Shown: one piece after another, positions 14,504 to 28,242 of the stretch
Layout of the letters: each line of letters opens with the position of its first letter
Position numbering within the stretch: the first letter of the stretch is position 1
NCBI RefSeq assembly: GCF_009914755.1
Contig: NC_060932.1
DNA from: the human T2T-CHM13v2.0 reference genome, Homo sapiens
Reading direction: 5' to 3' (one strand)
DNA: 64,000 bases
Position numbers and translations under genes: made by a program
The notes under the pieces: generated by a model
Told to the model about the DNA's origin: nothing
Database searches by the model: none
Seen by the model: the letters and a program-made list of their open reading frames with translations, nothing else

Positions 14504-15627
14504 CTGAGAAATAAAAATAAAATCCTAGGCCCCCCAACCAACTGTACAGACCCCCTCTTGGCCAAGGAGACCCAGAAAATCCTTAAAAACTGAGTTCCCA
14601 GCCTGACCACCATCTCTGGACCAGTTTTGGCCAACTCACAGAGCACGTGTAGTCAAAAGCTTTCATGTCTTCTGCTTCACCTTTTGACGTCAGAGGTTTC
14701 AAAACTTTAAAAACTCCACCCTTGGATCATGCTAATGCTGCCATCTTTTGAACACATGACCCATTATGAGGCATGAAACTCAATTTCCCATGCACATGTT
14801 TCTCCTTCCGTAAAGATTCATGACTTCTCCTATAGCTTTTTAAATATATTCATTTGGCCAGCCTGCTCAGCATAAATTCCTGCTGCTTTTACCCTTCCCT
14901 TGAGGCACTTGCTCTTGGTTTCTGCTGGAGGCTATGCTTCCCAGCCTGTGGGACGGACGGCCCGCAAGTGCAATCCTATGTGAGAAATAAAGATCTCCTT
15001 TCCAAGTCTGTGGACCTGAGACAGGACAGGTAGTCATGTTCTTGGGATGCAGCAACCGTGGTGACAGTAAGTACAAGCAACACAATAAGCCTCAGCATTC
15101 ACATTATAATTGAGCTCATCCACGCAAAGCTATCTTCAGTAGGGACTTTCCCCTCTAGAGAGCATGTGCACTTTGATTTTGCCCATCCTCAAACTGACGC
15201 TTTGCTCATTATAATGGTAAAAAACATACCCCTGGGTGGAGATTTAAGATGCTAATGAGACATGTGACGTACGAACAAACATGTACAGCTACTGCACATG
15301 TACAGCCAGAGGACCACTCAGAACGTGCTTATGAGTAATGCCTCTTCCCACCTCTTTATGAATAATCATGTAAGTCTCCCATAAAGGGAGTCTCCCTAAT
15401 GCTGGTCTTTGCTATCTCATCCCTGCGAGCAGCCCGCCCTGAATCCTCTCTCTCTCAGGCATAGTGTCTATTCTGCCCTAACTTTCAAAGTATTCTTTTT
15501 CTTTTGCAATAAATTACTCGATGTTGCATCTCCTTTGCTGTGTGTCTCTTGTTTAAATGCTTTTCAACCAAGGAGACAACAACTGAGGTATCACAACAGC
15601 CACACTTTGTCATTCTTCAGTTGATAC
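14504..15627 (+). mobile_element. ERV1 MER4-group LTR (MER72-like), split near its 3' end by a second LTR
   Basis: Starts tgagaaataaaaataaaatcctaggccccccaacc; aataaa near 14985; terminal piece gtcattcttcagttgataca resumes after 15604. Confidence 0.6.
15017..15604 (+). mobile_element. ERV1 solo LTR (MER66C-like) nested in the preceding LTR
   Basis: TG...CA termini; caacacaataagcctcagcattc, gcaaagctatcttcagtagggactttcccctctagagagcatg; aataaa near 15508. Confidence 0.7.
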
Positions 15628-16691
15628 AATATACCAGGCACTGATGGGAGCATTTTGCCCGCAGTTGGCACAGTAATAAGCCTGTAGGCTCATAGTTTTC
15701 ATAGTCCCTAGTTAACTTTAGGAAACAAAAGGCCAGAAAGGTTAAGAAACTATCCCAAGGTCACACAGCTGAGATGGAATTCTAACCCCAAGGACTGACT
15801 TCTGAGCTTTCTCTCCTATTGACAATTTTATGCCACCTCTTCTACCAGATGAGGCATGCTATGTCCAGCCAGGCCTCAGGAAGAGACATAGGGACACATT
15901 TGGCCCTGAGTGTTGGTGGGGAAGGTGTTCATTCTGCAGCAGCACAGAGGCCACAAGAGATAAGGGAGCACACTCTGGGGAGCACCAATGACAGCGGGAA
16001 GGGAATGAGGGTGTGGGTCTATCTGTCCCCATACCAGCACTCAGGCAGTTTCTTCTTAGAGCTAAATACTAACACCACCAACAGCTCAAACAGCCCCAGC
16101 CCTAGAACATTTGTTTTGACAGCCAGAGAGCTTCCCTGCCTATTTTGGGGTTCAGATTATACCCCCCTTTCTCTCAGGCTGTCCTCCCTGGCTTTGGGAA
16201 ACCACAGAGCCACAGAGCTGCTTTTAGACAGATGCCTTATCACTCACATGAGAATAACAGTGCTCGCTTGCATTCAAAAAGCACTTTCCTAGTATTTTTC
16301 AACTGAGTGCCACATCCTTTTTATGTATCATATCATTCCATTTTAACAAATATCTGACACCATTTGTATTTTTGTCATTACTGGGAGTTAAGTGGAGGCG
16401 TCTGACCACAAAACTCATGTCTTAACCAGTAGGTCCCACACAGTCCAATTCTTCCATGCATTTCATACTTTCCAACAAGCAGTTGTTTGTAAATGAGCAA
16501 CTGGGATTCCACACATTGAAGTGACCTGCCCATGGTCAATAGGATAGTCAGTGCCATGCTTAGACCTAGAACAGGGGTTTTCTGATTTTAAAACCACTCC
16601 TTTACACTGGCCATCACTCTTCCTTAAATTGAGATTAACCATTGAGATGAGCAGAATAGATCCATGCAGATGGTTATGAAGTCTCACTGAC

Positions 16692-16745
16692 CTGTGGTCC
16701 AGCTATTCCTGGGGGCCCTGGTAGGCCTGGAGGCCCAGCCTCTCC
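16692..16745 (-). CDS. COL22A1: Collagen exon, 54 bp, GEAGPPGLPGPPGIAGPQ
   Basis: Acceptor cttgtatccctgatacag, donor CAG|gtcagt. Confidence 0.95.
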
Positions 16746-16960
16746 CTGTATCAGGGATACAAGAAAAAAAAAGAAAACAAGAATGAGTATCAGGCCCACA
16801 TCCAGGGTCATCACCATGCCATCAGCCTCGTACCTCCCTTCACTGATTTTCCACTGGGACTTCCGTCAGCTACCCCTGCCCCTAGCCTGTCTGAGCAAAG
16901 GGTATAGGCAAGTGGTAGTACTGAGTGTGGCTGTGCAACCATGGCATGACCCACCATTAA

Positions 16961-17509
16961 TATGGTTAGTTGGTGTGTCTCCAAGATAGCCTGATGGCCC
17001 CTGCCTCCCATATTTGCAACCTGGAGCAGCCGTCCTGCCATTTGTTCCAGGGTTGGTCTCTATGGCCCACAGGACATGGCAGAAGTGATGGTGTGTACTT
17101 GCTGAGATTAGAGTATAAGATGGCTCACTCCCACCTTGGCCTGCTACCATCCCCCGCCCCCCACCTTGCACTTTTTCTATCTAACCACTCATTTTGGGGA
17201 AAACCAGTTTCCACGTCTTGATCTCACTCAAGCAGCTCTGCAGAGAGGCCCACCCATGTGGTAAGGAACTGAGGTCTCCATCAACAGCCACAAGAGTGAA
17301 CCTGGATGGAAGGGGATCTTCTACCAGATGGACCCTGAGATGACTGCAGCTCAGGGCTTGAGGGTTGCCTCATGAAAGACCTGAGCCAAAACAACCCAGC
17401 GAAACCACTTCTGGATTTCTGCCCCAGAAATTTGAGATAATAAATATTTGTTGTTTTAAGCCACTAAGTTTTGGAGCAATCTGTAATGTAGTGATAGATA
17501 ACTAATACA
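16961..17509 (+). mobile_element. MaLR LTR (MLT1F/G-like)
   Basis: Ends gttgttttaagccactaagttttggagcaatctgtaatgtagtgatagataactaataca. Confidence 0.8.
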
Positions 17510-18273
17510 GTTGAGAAGAGAGAAAAAGTGTGCTGCACTAAGAAATAGAGTCTGAACTATGTAGGATCTCATTTGTGTGTGCGTGTTTGTGCTTTACAAA
17601 TATACGTGCATGTATAATTATATTGGCACACATTGCATGTTCTTTATAGTTACTTTCATAACCATTTTCTTATGGTTATTTTCACTCTAAGTTCTGTAAT
17701 ACCTGGAGTGTCAGCTGCTTGACTCTGAGAAAGGACTACCCAGGTGGGAGGGTGGGGGTTCGCGGCCCCCTGCCAGGTCCTGCCAGAAGTTGTGGAACAT
17801 TGAGTGGTTCTGAACATCAGAATCACTGTGTAGCAGTTGTAGTAAACACACAGAATACAAGCCTCATTCCCAGTGATTTGATGCAAAGCAACTGTGGTAG
17901 AAAGGTCTGGAAAAGACTGATCTAAACATCTCCCTAAGTGATTTAGAAATGCCACCCTGACAGCCTCTGCACTGATATCAAGAATCTTTGAGGTTAAGAC
18001 TCCTGGAATAAATTCCTAAAGACCCATCTATCTTAATGAACTAAATGATCTTCTGAGCTGTTTAAAATTAAGGCAATGGGAAAGACCCATGACATGGATG
18101 TAAGTACATTCAAACATGTTTATTTACTATCTGATAAAACATGATACAAGAAATGCTGCAAATCAAATAAAGTCCTGTTTTTAATAAGCTGATCACCAGG
18201 AGAATTTAATTAGGTGAAATTATTCTTAGTCAAATCAGCTTTAGGACTGGCCCCTGTTCCTTCCAGGGTTCCA

Positions 18274-18352
18274 GAGTGTATGGAGAAATTTCCAGGACTG
18301 TGGCACGCCCACGAGTGTATGGAGAAATTTCGAGGACTGTGGCATGCCCACG
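18274..18352. repeat. 39 bp tandem duplication, 2 copies with 2 mismatches
   Basis: gagtgtatggagaaatttc(c/g)aggactgtggca(c/t)gcccac x2. Confidence 0.95.
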
Positions 18353-18474
18353 GGGTCTATGCTCAAATATCCTGCATAGCTGAGCTGGTGGAAAGGGAAC
18401 AAGCACTGCTTAAGGCTCAGAGAGTCAGAATAAAGGTCATCTTTCACATCTGTGTTTGTATTCCCTGTACCATG

Positions 18475-19162
18475 TATGGGTAAAATACAAACCACAAATA
18501 AGAGGCTTAACTCTCTCTTTTTTGAAAAGAAAGAGAATCTCACCTAAGACTTTTTCTTAAAGCATTTACTTTAGAAAACAGATCATTGTCAGTTCTTTAT
18601 CTGTCTCTTTGAAATGTGTGTAAATCCTTTTAAAAGGCAAAGAAGGCTTTTTTTTTTCCAGTTTGATGACCCAGGAATGTCTTTCTCTAGGAGTTAGGAT
18701 CCATCTCTGTGAAATATGATCAGCAAGGAAGATCCACCACTATCTCCCAATGTCTAGGGATTGGTATCTCCCCAAGTTGCAACACTATCTTCTTACATAA
18801 AGATGCAAGAAGTTTATTTTCACTTTGGATAAAGCCAATTAGCTAAGACGGAGGGCCATCTGAATTACCAGGTGAATCTAAGATGAACGTATGTGACAAA
18901 TAGCACTGTCAAGACTTCCTACTTGAGGACTAAGTATTGCTTATCTTGAGAAAATGTCTGTAATGGACTTTATCTGCTTAGCTATATAAAAGAGTGAGAT
19001 TTCTTCCTGTCCTTACCATCTCTTAGCAGATTGTCTGTAATGCACATTATATTCTAGTTTAAATGTAATTCAATATTAAAATGGTTTTCTTTCTCTTCCA
19101 CCTTTGTGAAGAAGTTTTCTGGGTTGGGAGGAGATTTTGTTTTCAATTCTATTTCCCCAGCA
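18475..19162 (+). mobile_element. ERV1 solo LTR (MER67C-like), copy 2
   Basis: Same block order as 9590-10293; ends ttctatttccccagca. Confidence 0.75.
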
Positions 19163-19727
19163 CCCATGAAACTCCCTACCTCTGTTTTGCTCCAGGACAG
19201 ACCATGAACTCCTTTAGAATAGGGTCTCAGCCTTTTTCTTCTGAACTTCCCCATTGTCTACATGTTGACTGACATATAAGACACATGTAATGGGGTGTCA
19301 TAAACACGTAATGACAAGGGATTGAATGCATGCATGAATGGATGGATCCATTGATTGATCTATGAGTCTGAAGTGCCTATCTTGGTGCCTATTACATAGT
19401 AGATAGGCAAAAGTTGTTGGATGACAAAAGAAAGGAAGGGAGAAAGACAAGGTGGAAAGGAATGTAACTGAATGAGTGTATGTTTCCAGGTGTCAGCATG
19501 TATTGGGAAGTCACAATCAACATCTTCTTAAAGTGACAAAGACCCATAGATACCCACTTCCTACCATTTCCATAGCTGTATCTCACAACCCAGTACTCCT
19601 CATCTATCTTGAATCTTGAACCCCTCAAACCCTGAACACCTTCAGAGGCAGATGGGGCAATACTGAGATCTCCAGAATGATATTTTCATTGTAATGATAA
19701 AAATCGAGTTTCCCCTTTTCTCCTTAC

Positions 19728-19841
19728 CTTTTTCCCTTCTGTGCCTTCTCTCCCTGGCTTTCCTGGGACACCTTTGTCCCCTTTAAAACCTGGTAGACCA
19801 GGGAGGCCTGGGGGGCCAGGAGGGCAGTCATTGCACACATC
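19728..19841 (-). CDS. COL22A1: Exon, 114 bp, [38 protein letters not shown] (end of a non-collagenous linker with CxxC, then collagen)
   Basis: Acceptor ctctctccccactctcag, donor AAG|gtaagg. Confidence 0.95.
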
Positions 19842-20730
19842 CTGAGAGTGGGGAGAGAGGTGGGGACAAAGAGAGAATAACTAGCAAATACAGTTTCAAA
19901 GCAAAGCAAAGTAGCCCTGGCTGCTATCTCTCCAGATGGAGATTTGGTTTTTAAATTCCAGAGAAGATAGAAAAGCAAACAGGTGGACTGAGTCATGATC
20001 TAAATACTCTTGTGTCTAAACTTTGCATTTTCCCTTTCTTAACTAAAAGTTAGGTTTCAGCACTGACATATCTGGATATTCCTCCATTTCCCCCTATTTC
20101 CACCCAGACTTCTGGAAGGATAGCCTGAGGAAATGATGTCAAAAATCCATGTAAAATGATCTGTGAGCAGCTGAAAACATTAACAGTGCAGATTTAATAC
20201 AAACATTTAGTATTACTAAAAATAGCATGCTCTGTCCCTGATGTTAGAGGCCAAGCTGGGAGCTGAATTCTCTGTTCTGCATTTGCCCGTCAAGTGGTTT
20301 CTGAACAAGGAAGAAGGATAAACAAGGCAACAGGCACACACCCTTGGGACTTTGTTTCTGTGATACAATGCCGACTCTGACCATGCTTAGCTTTATTTTT
20401 TACCCAAGGCAAGCACTTAATCAATGTTCCCTGGAATTGGGCTTTGTTCTACTTCTTTAAGGCAGGTAAATATTGCTCCTCGAGTAAATTTAAAGTCCTC
20501 TGAGCCCAGAGCATGTGTTTTCTGATTAGTTGGATCTTACAGTTTGGAGCACACTATGTGCCAAATAAAATTCACCTAACTGTACTCCAGCCTGCCTCAT
20601 CCACCTGCCTCTTGGTTTGCCCCCTCCATGGCCTTCTCTCTAATCCTCCCTCTCATCCACCCTGCCTCTCTCCTTGTGATCGGAGTTTAATGGATAACAC
20701 AAGTAAAGCACTTAGAATACTCTCAAGAAA

Positions 20731-20792
20731 GATTAGATAGATAGATAGATAGATAGACAGATAGACAGATACACAGATACATATAGATAGAT
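20731..20792. repeat. (GATA/GACA)n compound STR
   Basis: Read directly from sequence. Confidence 0.85.
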
Positions 20793-22750
20793 AATGCCCA
20801 CACATTTAGCCATTATTGTTAGTTTATTTATTCACTCAGTCACTCACTCATTGAAAAAATACTTGAAAGTCACCTACTATGTGTCAGGCACTGTGCTAAG
20901 TTTGGGACCACAGTGAGTGTGTGTCTTGAAGAGCTCTCAGTTCAACGCTGTCAACTGACACAAATACATGCACTAACTATGGTCTTTTGAAAGCCCCACC
21001 AAAGGCACCTGCAAAAATACGCGGAAGCTGCACTGTTCATAGTCCATGAGGTGAAGCTGCAGGTGATTTTGTTTTCTTCTTGGTCTCCGATTTCAGGATG
21101 GTCAAGTTTTTCCATCACAAAAGCATCTCTGAATGGCCCACCTTCCTTTTACTTGTTTCACCTACTCAGTCTTTGGAGATTCTTTAGAAGTCTCCCCCTC
21201 CAAGAAGACTTCCTGATTGCCTCAGGATGGGGACAGGCTCTTCCTGCTCCCAGAAATCTCAGGAATCCTCACTACTGAAGTACTAGTCTCCTTGTTGGAA
21301 TGGTCTTTTATTCCATCCTCTCTCCACCAGGCAAACAGAAGGTGTAAGCACTCAGAGGACAGAGGTAGAATTATCTTTGCTTGCCAAATTCATGGCAAAT
21401 ATTCTTCCACAGGGCATGAGTGCTATAAATGAATGAATCAGGCATCCCAACTAACTAACCAACTGACTGACCGATCAACCAATTAACTGTCCACCTGACA
21501 TTCTGGCGACTTGTGCCATCTTCTTTTAGTGGTTAGTTTGCAAAGCTGATTGGATTATTTGGAGGATGGAAAGAGTTAAATACTGGGATATATAAAGCAA
21601 GAGTGTATGAGATATTCAGTTTACTTAGATGAGCTGCTTTTGATAACTGTACTTTGCTTGAAAGAGTAGCAGAGCTGAAAGGAGCTCGCCTCTTTGTAGA
21701 CCTTCTTTATTGTACTCTAAGATGAGATGCATCCATGAAACATTGCAACTGTGGATGGATGCACGGATGGATGGATGGATGGATGGATGCAAATGGAACT
21801 AGCCTGATGACACCAAAAATTCTAGCCACTGAGATATTTCTGGACTTAAAGGGTGCCCTGGTGATAGGAAGCCATTCTTTGCAGTGGGATCCATAACATA
21901 AAAAGATTATACCTGAGTAATACAAAAATCTTATGACTTTCCTATTTCTTTCTAATTTCTGGCAGGGCTCTCAACCTGGGCCTGTTGCATACTATGCAGG
22001 ATTGTTTCCTGAAGACCAGAGCTGTCGGAGACCCAGACCTACCTGTGAGGGAGCTAGACTCAACTCACTGACCCAGTTCTGGAATCCAGTGAGCATAGGG
22101 TGAGATCACCCCAATCTGCAGTCTTACAGATGCTCACCTTGGCTCCAGAGCTCCTGGGAGCCCCCCGAGTCCCTCCTGGCCCTGCACCAAACTCCAGCTC
22201 AGAGGGCAATTCACACTTTCTCTGAATGTATTGAAACTGGATAGGGTTGTGTTTCCAACCAAATGGGCTTGCCCATACACCACTTGAACCTCTGTCCACC
22301 TGGAATCATGACTTCATCTCCCTGAGTCTCCTTATCTGTGAAATGGGGATGTCAAAGTCTTATGATAAATGAGACAATTAATGGAAAATGCCTGACACTG
22401 TCCTGACACAGAGTGAAAGCATAGTGACTTTTAGCTGCTACATGTGCCATTACGGTTTTGTTTATTTTCCTCCCTAAATCTGTGGCCTTGCCCCATTTGC
22501 AGATCAGATGACCGTGATCATCAATACTAGCTCCCAATCTCTGGGCTTTCTGAGTTATCTCAGGCAAGTCAATTAATCTTCTTGAGTCTATTTCCTCACC
22601 TGTAAAAAAGGATCATTCTCCTACTTTAGGAGATTGTTGTGAAATTTAAATAAAATAATGCATACAAAGTGCCTAGCATATTTCAGGGTTCATTGTATGT
22701 AATCTATTAATGTTCTTTCCCTCTAGTCTCTACCCCTTCCTTTGGTCTAA

Positions 22751-23095
<345 letters not shown>

Positions 23096-25309
23096 GGTCT
23101 GAACTATTTTCAACAAACTCAGCTTGTTAGGTCATTGCATGTAATACTGTACTTTGTGTGGTTTGAAGTACCAAGTAAGCACTCAACAAAATGCTTACTA
23201 CATGGAGAAAATAACAGTCATTGCTTCCCAGGAGAGGAAATGACCTCTAGGTCATTTCATCCACCTTCTCACTGGACATCTGAATCCTCACTATGATATT
23301 CCTACCAAAGAGTTGTGTAGCCTTCATCTCCGAATCTCTATGTGACAGGCAGAGAACTCACTAGCTGCCTGGACTTCATCAGATAGCTGTCAGGAAGTTC
23401 TGGCTCACGTAAAGATGAATCGGATAGTAGAGAGGCTACGCGTAAGGCTTCAGAGTTGGTCTCACTGGGTTTGAGTCTTGGTTCTACCACTACAAGGTCT
23501 GTGATTTGAACAAGTGTCTTGCCCATCTATGCTTAACCTCTTCATCTGTAAAATGCAGACAGCAACAGAAACCACTCACAGGATTGTTTTTGAGGATTTA
23601 ATAATATAATATTTCTGCAAGGGTAATGGAGACAATTTTAAGATGACCTCCTTGGGCACAGATCCAACTATGGACATTCGTTTAACAGGGACTCTTAGAA
23701 CTTACTACCCAGTCAGTTCTCCAACTACCAGAAAGAGATATATGAAGTTATAAAACTCTCTGGGGCAGAGACAAATGTTCTGTAATACAAGATGTCTCAG
23801 CAGGGGAGACATCTGCCACCAGCCACCTAGACTAGACCAGCAGACTCTAACTTACAACATCGAGATGACAGCCAGTGACTGCACAAAACAGGAAGATGAA
23901 CATAGTCTGTTCCCCAGACCTGGCCAAATCCACTCATCCCAGGCTGTTGACTATAGAATTTCCAGGCAAAGCTCAGCTCTGTGGGACCAGTGAGTCTCCA
24001 CAGGCTACCCTGCACGTAGGCGCTTGCATTCCTTCTGGGGTTTCCAGCTGCTCTGATGAGCACAGCTGTATCCTTTCATAGTGAGGAAATATTGATTTGA
24101 CTAAATATCTGTCTCAGTGCTATGGCCGTGAGGAATGATGCTTAGCCATTTCAGTGCTCACTCTTATTATTGACATAAAGATTGGGACATCTTGAGGTTG
24201 AAATCCTCTGGGTGAGGGGTCAGGGGTGGAGATGGCTGGTGGCTGATGAAAACCTAGCTCCTTCTAGAGTGAGGGAATTAAGAAAAAGAATCCAGGCTAA
24301 TAAAAGCCTGTAATAAACAGAAGATTGAATCAATAGGTAATGATTTCTTGTCATGTCCTTGAATGTGGAAAAAAAATAACTACCGCACTTGTCAACAAAA
24401 ACTGGTAAAGATTGTTCTGCTACTTATTTTTTAATAAAAGGTGTAATTTTCCCATCAAGGCATCTCAATTTACAGTGAGATTGAACGCCCCAGACTTCCG
24501 AGAAGGTTTTCTTTTTCTTTTGTTTTCCTCTCTTGGCTTCATGTATGAAGTAGGTATTTTCTGAAATCACCCAGTGTCTTTTAGAGAACAAGAGGGAAGG
24601 AAGGGACCAGTCACAAAATGCAGTATTGACCCTTCACCCAGAGTTACGAAGAGGCTTGAAGTACAGACAGCAGAAGGGGCCTCCTCACTTGCTGCAGCAC
24701 CCCTGTTCTTTCTGAAGTATAGACCTTACCTCTCTCTCCCTCGTTCACAGCCTTTCACAGCTCTCAACATTGAAGACCCCAGGTCCTTGGTCAGGCACCT
24801 GGGCACCTGTGCAACTTAGCCTTCGGGTGTAACTCCAGCCATGCTGTGCCCTATCTTGGCCGAGTTATGTTCAACCTCTCAGGACCTTTTCCTCTCGTGG
24901 GAAAAGCAAATGTGGTTCTAGAAACCAGTCAAGTCTGCACTCACATCTGAGTTTGTCCTGGATAAAAGGCCCAACAGCCCACATCACCTCACTGAACCTG
25001 CGCTCTGGTCCTGGCCCAGCAGGACCCAGGTCCAGGCTGTTTGACTCTGCCGCTGGCCCTCCTTTGAGAACATGAGTTAGTCCTGTCTGGGTTAAAGGCC
25101 AGCCTCTGGTGTCAGCGAGAAAGGATTTTATTCTTAGGATGTCCTATTCTATTCCATTCCATTCATTGACCCTCACAGTATCTCAGGCTTCTTATATGCT
25201 GAATAACACAACAAATAGTATTGATCCCATAGAATATTTGTGAAAATTAAATAAGGGAGGCACATTAAACATTTAGTGCAGCATAGCTCCAAATAATGTT
25301 CTGCTCTAT

Positions 25310-25780
25310 ATCTGCAGTGCCCAATAAGGCAGCCACCAGCCACATGCAGCTATTAAGTATGTGTAAAGAAAGAGGTTGGAGTGATCAAGCACCTAAATTT
25401 TTAATCGCATTTATTTATTATTTTTGAAACAGGGTCTTGCTCTGTCACCCAGGCTGGAGTGCAGTTGCATGCCCATGGCTCACTGCAGCCTCTACCTCCC
25501 GGGCTCAAGTGATCCTCCTACCTCAGCCTCCTGAGTCGCTGGGACCACAGGCACATGTCACCACATCAAGCTAATTTTTAAAAAACATTTTTTTTGGTAG
25601 AGATCAGGTCTCTCTATGTTGCCCAGGTTGGTCTTAAACTCCTGGGCTCAGGGCTTAAGCTATCCCCACGACATGCTGGGATAATAGGGGTGAGCCACTG
25701 TGCCTGGCCTGTATTTAATTTTAATTAGTTTCCATTTAGATTGCAGCATGTGACCAGTGGCTGTTGTGTTGGACAGGGGG
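25310..25780. mobile_element. MER3-like hAT-Charlie element interrupted by a reverse AluJ (25410-25709)
   Basis: cccaataaggcagccaccagccacatgcagctattaag ... catgtgaccagtggctgttgtgttggacag flank the Alu. Confidence 0.7.
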
Positions 25781-25945
25781 ATTTAGCACATCACCAGCCA
25801 CATGCTGAGTTGTCAACTAATGGCGCTGCTGTTATCGTTAATACTACCAAATAGTTGTTCAAAAAAAACCCCAACTTATTATCAAGATCTCCAATCCCGC
25901 CATCACCATTTTCAAAACACATGCGTATTTATTGTATGCTTTTAC

Positions 25946-25993
25946 CTTAGCCAAGAGATTTATGTCCCCTGGAGACAGTAGTGAAGAGAGGCC
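25946..25993 (-). CDS. COL22A1: Non-collagenous linker exon, 48 bp, GLSSLLSPGDINLLAK
   Basis: Acceptor ttctttttattttgacag, donor AAG|gtaaaa; phase 0 and in frame with its neighbours. Confidence 0.9.
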
Positions 25994-27785
25994 CTGTCAA
26001 AATAAAAAGAAACAAACACATACGTACATGCATATATACAATAAATCCCAGGCATCTTCAGAAAGCAAAAGGACTTTAAAGTGTGACACAATACGTGACA
26101 CACTGCGCCGTGCGTGGGATACGGACAGCCCAGTGGATGTCCCAAGCCTGGGAGCCACAGAAAGAACACTCCTCCAAGACAGCAACTGCACAGACTGCCA
26201 GTCCTAACCAAGTCTGACTGACTTTGGCCTTTGGCCATCCCTACTCTCCTTCTGTTTGCCCCTTCTCTTCTCCCAGCTTTCCCTCTTCCCCCCGACCACC
26301 AAAACCTGATAGGTCATATGAGTACCGTGGGAGGCAAAGCGGCAAACTGTTTGCAGTCTGGATTGTCATGGATATCCCAAAAGAGCAACAGCTGTTACTA
26401 TCAGTCATCCACAACCTAGTATGAATTTAAGCCAATGTCTTCAGCTCTCCCAGGTGAAACAGCATTTTACACGTCATTTGTCATTATGGCTTAAAAGTCT
26501 TTAATTCCAGAAAGGGTATTTCAGAAATCAGGAATAATTACAGAGCCTCTACAGGTAGGTAGGAGTCTGCAGGTGGATGAATTCATGCTCAAACCCACTG
26601 TGAGTTGGAGCTACGATTGTGGCTCTTACAACCACAGCCATCCTGGAACCCAAGACAGGGTGAAGGCTCAGAAAATATTTGGGTGCAAGGAACATAAGGC
26701 TAGGAAGGAAAATGGAAATTAAAAGGCAGACCGTAAAGGAAAGAAGGGATTCTTAGGTAAGACTTTGAGACTGGTGTGCTACTTTGCAAAATTCTAAATT
26801 TTGCAAAGAAAAAGGAATACCAGAAGACCCAGGCAGCAGAGGCAAGGTGGTAGACTTAACAACTAAATTCATGGTGGCTGATTTCTCCTCATTAAGTTTG
26901 AGTTTAGGTGTATGAATTACAAATCCAGTCTGCCATTTTGGGAAGGCTGAAACCAAGGCAGTTTTTCAGGCTATTTCCCCATCCCTGACCCCATGGGCTT
27001 TCGGTGCCATCCTGTGGTTAGCAAAACCATGAAACAGGTAACACGAGTTTGTTCAAGGTAACTGCTGCAGTGGCCTGAAACGTGCTGGTGGGGTTTTGTG
27101 TGTTGATAAGCTCAGAAATTCAATCAATGCTCTGGGCTATTGAAAGAGGGACTGAGAGAGACTGGGGTTGAATTAAATCAGATTGCAGGTGCTCAAGGAA
27201 TTATCCGCACTGCAGTGAAAGCTCACTTAGGATGCAGCGGCTAAAGCCAAGGCCAACACCTCCCCAGTTATCTGAGTGACGTCCTCTGAAGAAAAGACAA
27301 CCTTTGCTATAGCAATTTATTAAAACTTTTAAAAGGGAAAGGTGTTTTATTTTCAGGCCGTATATGTTTCCCCTGGGAAGTTAATAATAGGAAAGGGTTC
27401 ATATGGTTCAAATTGGTATATTTTAATGCTGCTGGCATTCTATTACTAGGGATATTCTTACATTGCCATTGAGTCCTTTGCATAATTAGAGTCAGTTATA
27501 TCAGACACAATGGCTGGGCACCAGTCACAAAGGGAGAGAGAATGAGGAGTGGATTTTCAGTCTAGGTACAGTGTGGTCTTGGATACAATTTCATTAACAT
27601 CTTGCTGTGACTCATTTCTGTAAACCTCACAAGTCTCAAAAGACACACAGGACCAGCATGTGGATGGAGGCAGTGGCCTTGTGAAGGTGGACTCAGGATA
27701 TGGCAGACTGCCGTCTCTGCCTTCTATGAGTCAGTCACTCATGTCACCTGTTGTTGGGCCCAATGGGCTCAGAGAACAGTGGACA

Positions 27786-28139
27786 GTGTGGGGATGTAGA
27801 TGCCAGTTTACATCCTACCTAGATCCTCCCCATTCTCGGTGCATCCTCATCCCTGGTGCTGGTTATACAGCCGATAACTGACTGATGGCAGGGTGAAAAG
27901 AGCTGGGCCTGGCCTCAAGGTGGGACAGCTTGGTGGTTCCATTCACACTCCAGAGTTCCATGTGGGATCAGGCAGGGAATAGACTTGACTTGAACACACA
28001 TTTTTTACTGTTTTTTTCCCCTGTCATGTCCTGCTTCCCTCCATCCTCGTAAGTTTCTCCTGAGAGCACTCCCTCAATCAGTCACTAGCACAAGAATCCC
28101 CACTGCAGGCTGTGCTTCCAGAGAACCTAATCTGACACA
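27786..28139 (+). mobile_element. ERVL LTR16-like solo LTR
   Basis: tttctcctgagagcactccctcaatcagtcactagcacaagaatccccac...cttccagagaacctaatctgacaca. Confidence 0.7.
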
Positions 28140-28242
28140 GAAGGAGGATCCTGGAACAGGAATTCTATGCTTCTCTCCAGGTGGGTGCAGCACTGGAGAA
28201 ACACTTTGGGTCACTCTCTCCACCCACTGAGGGATGGAACTG

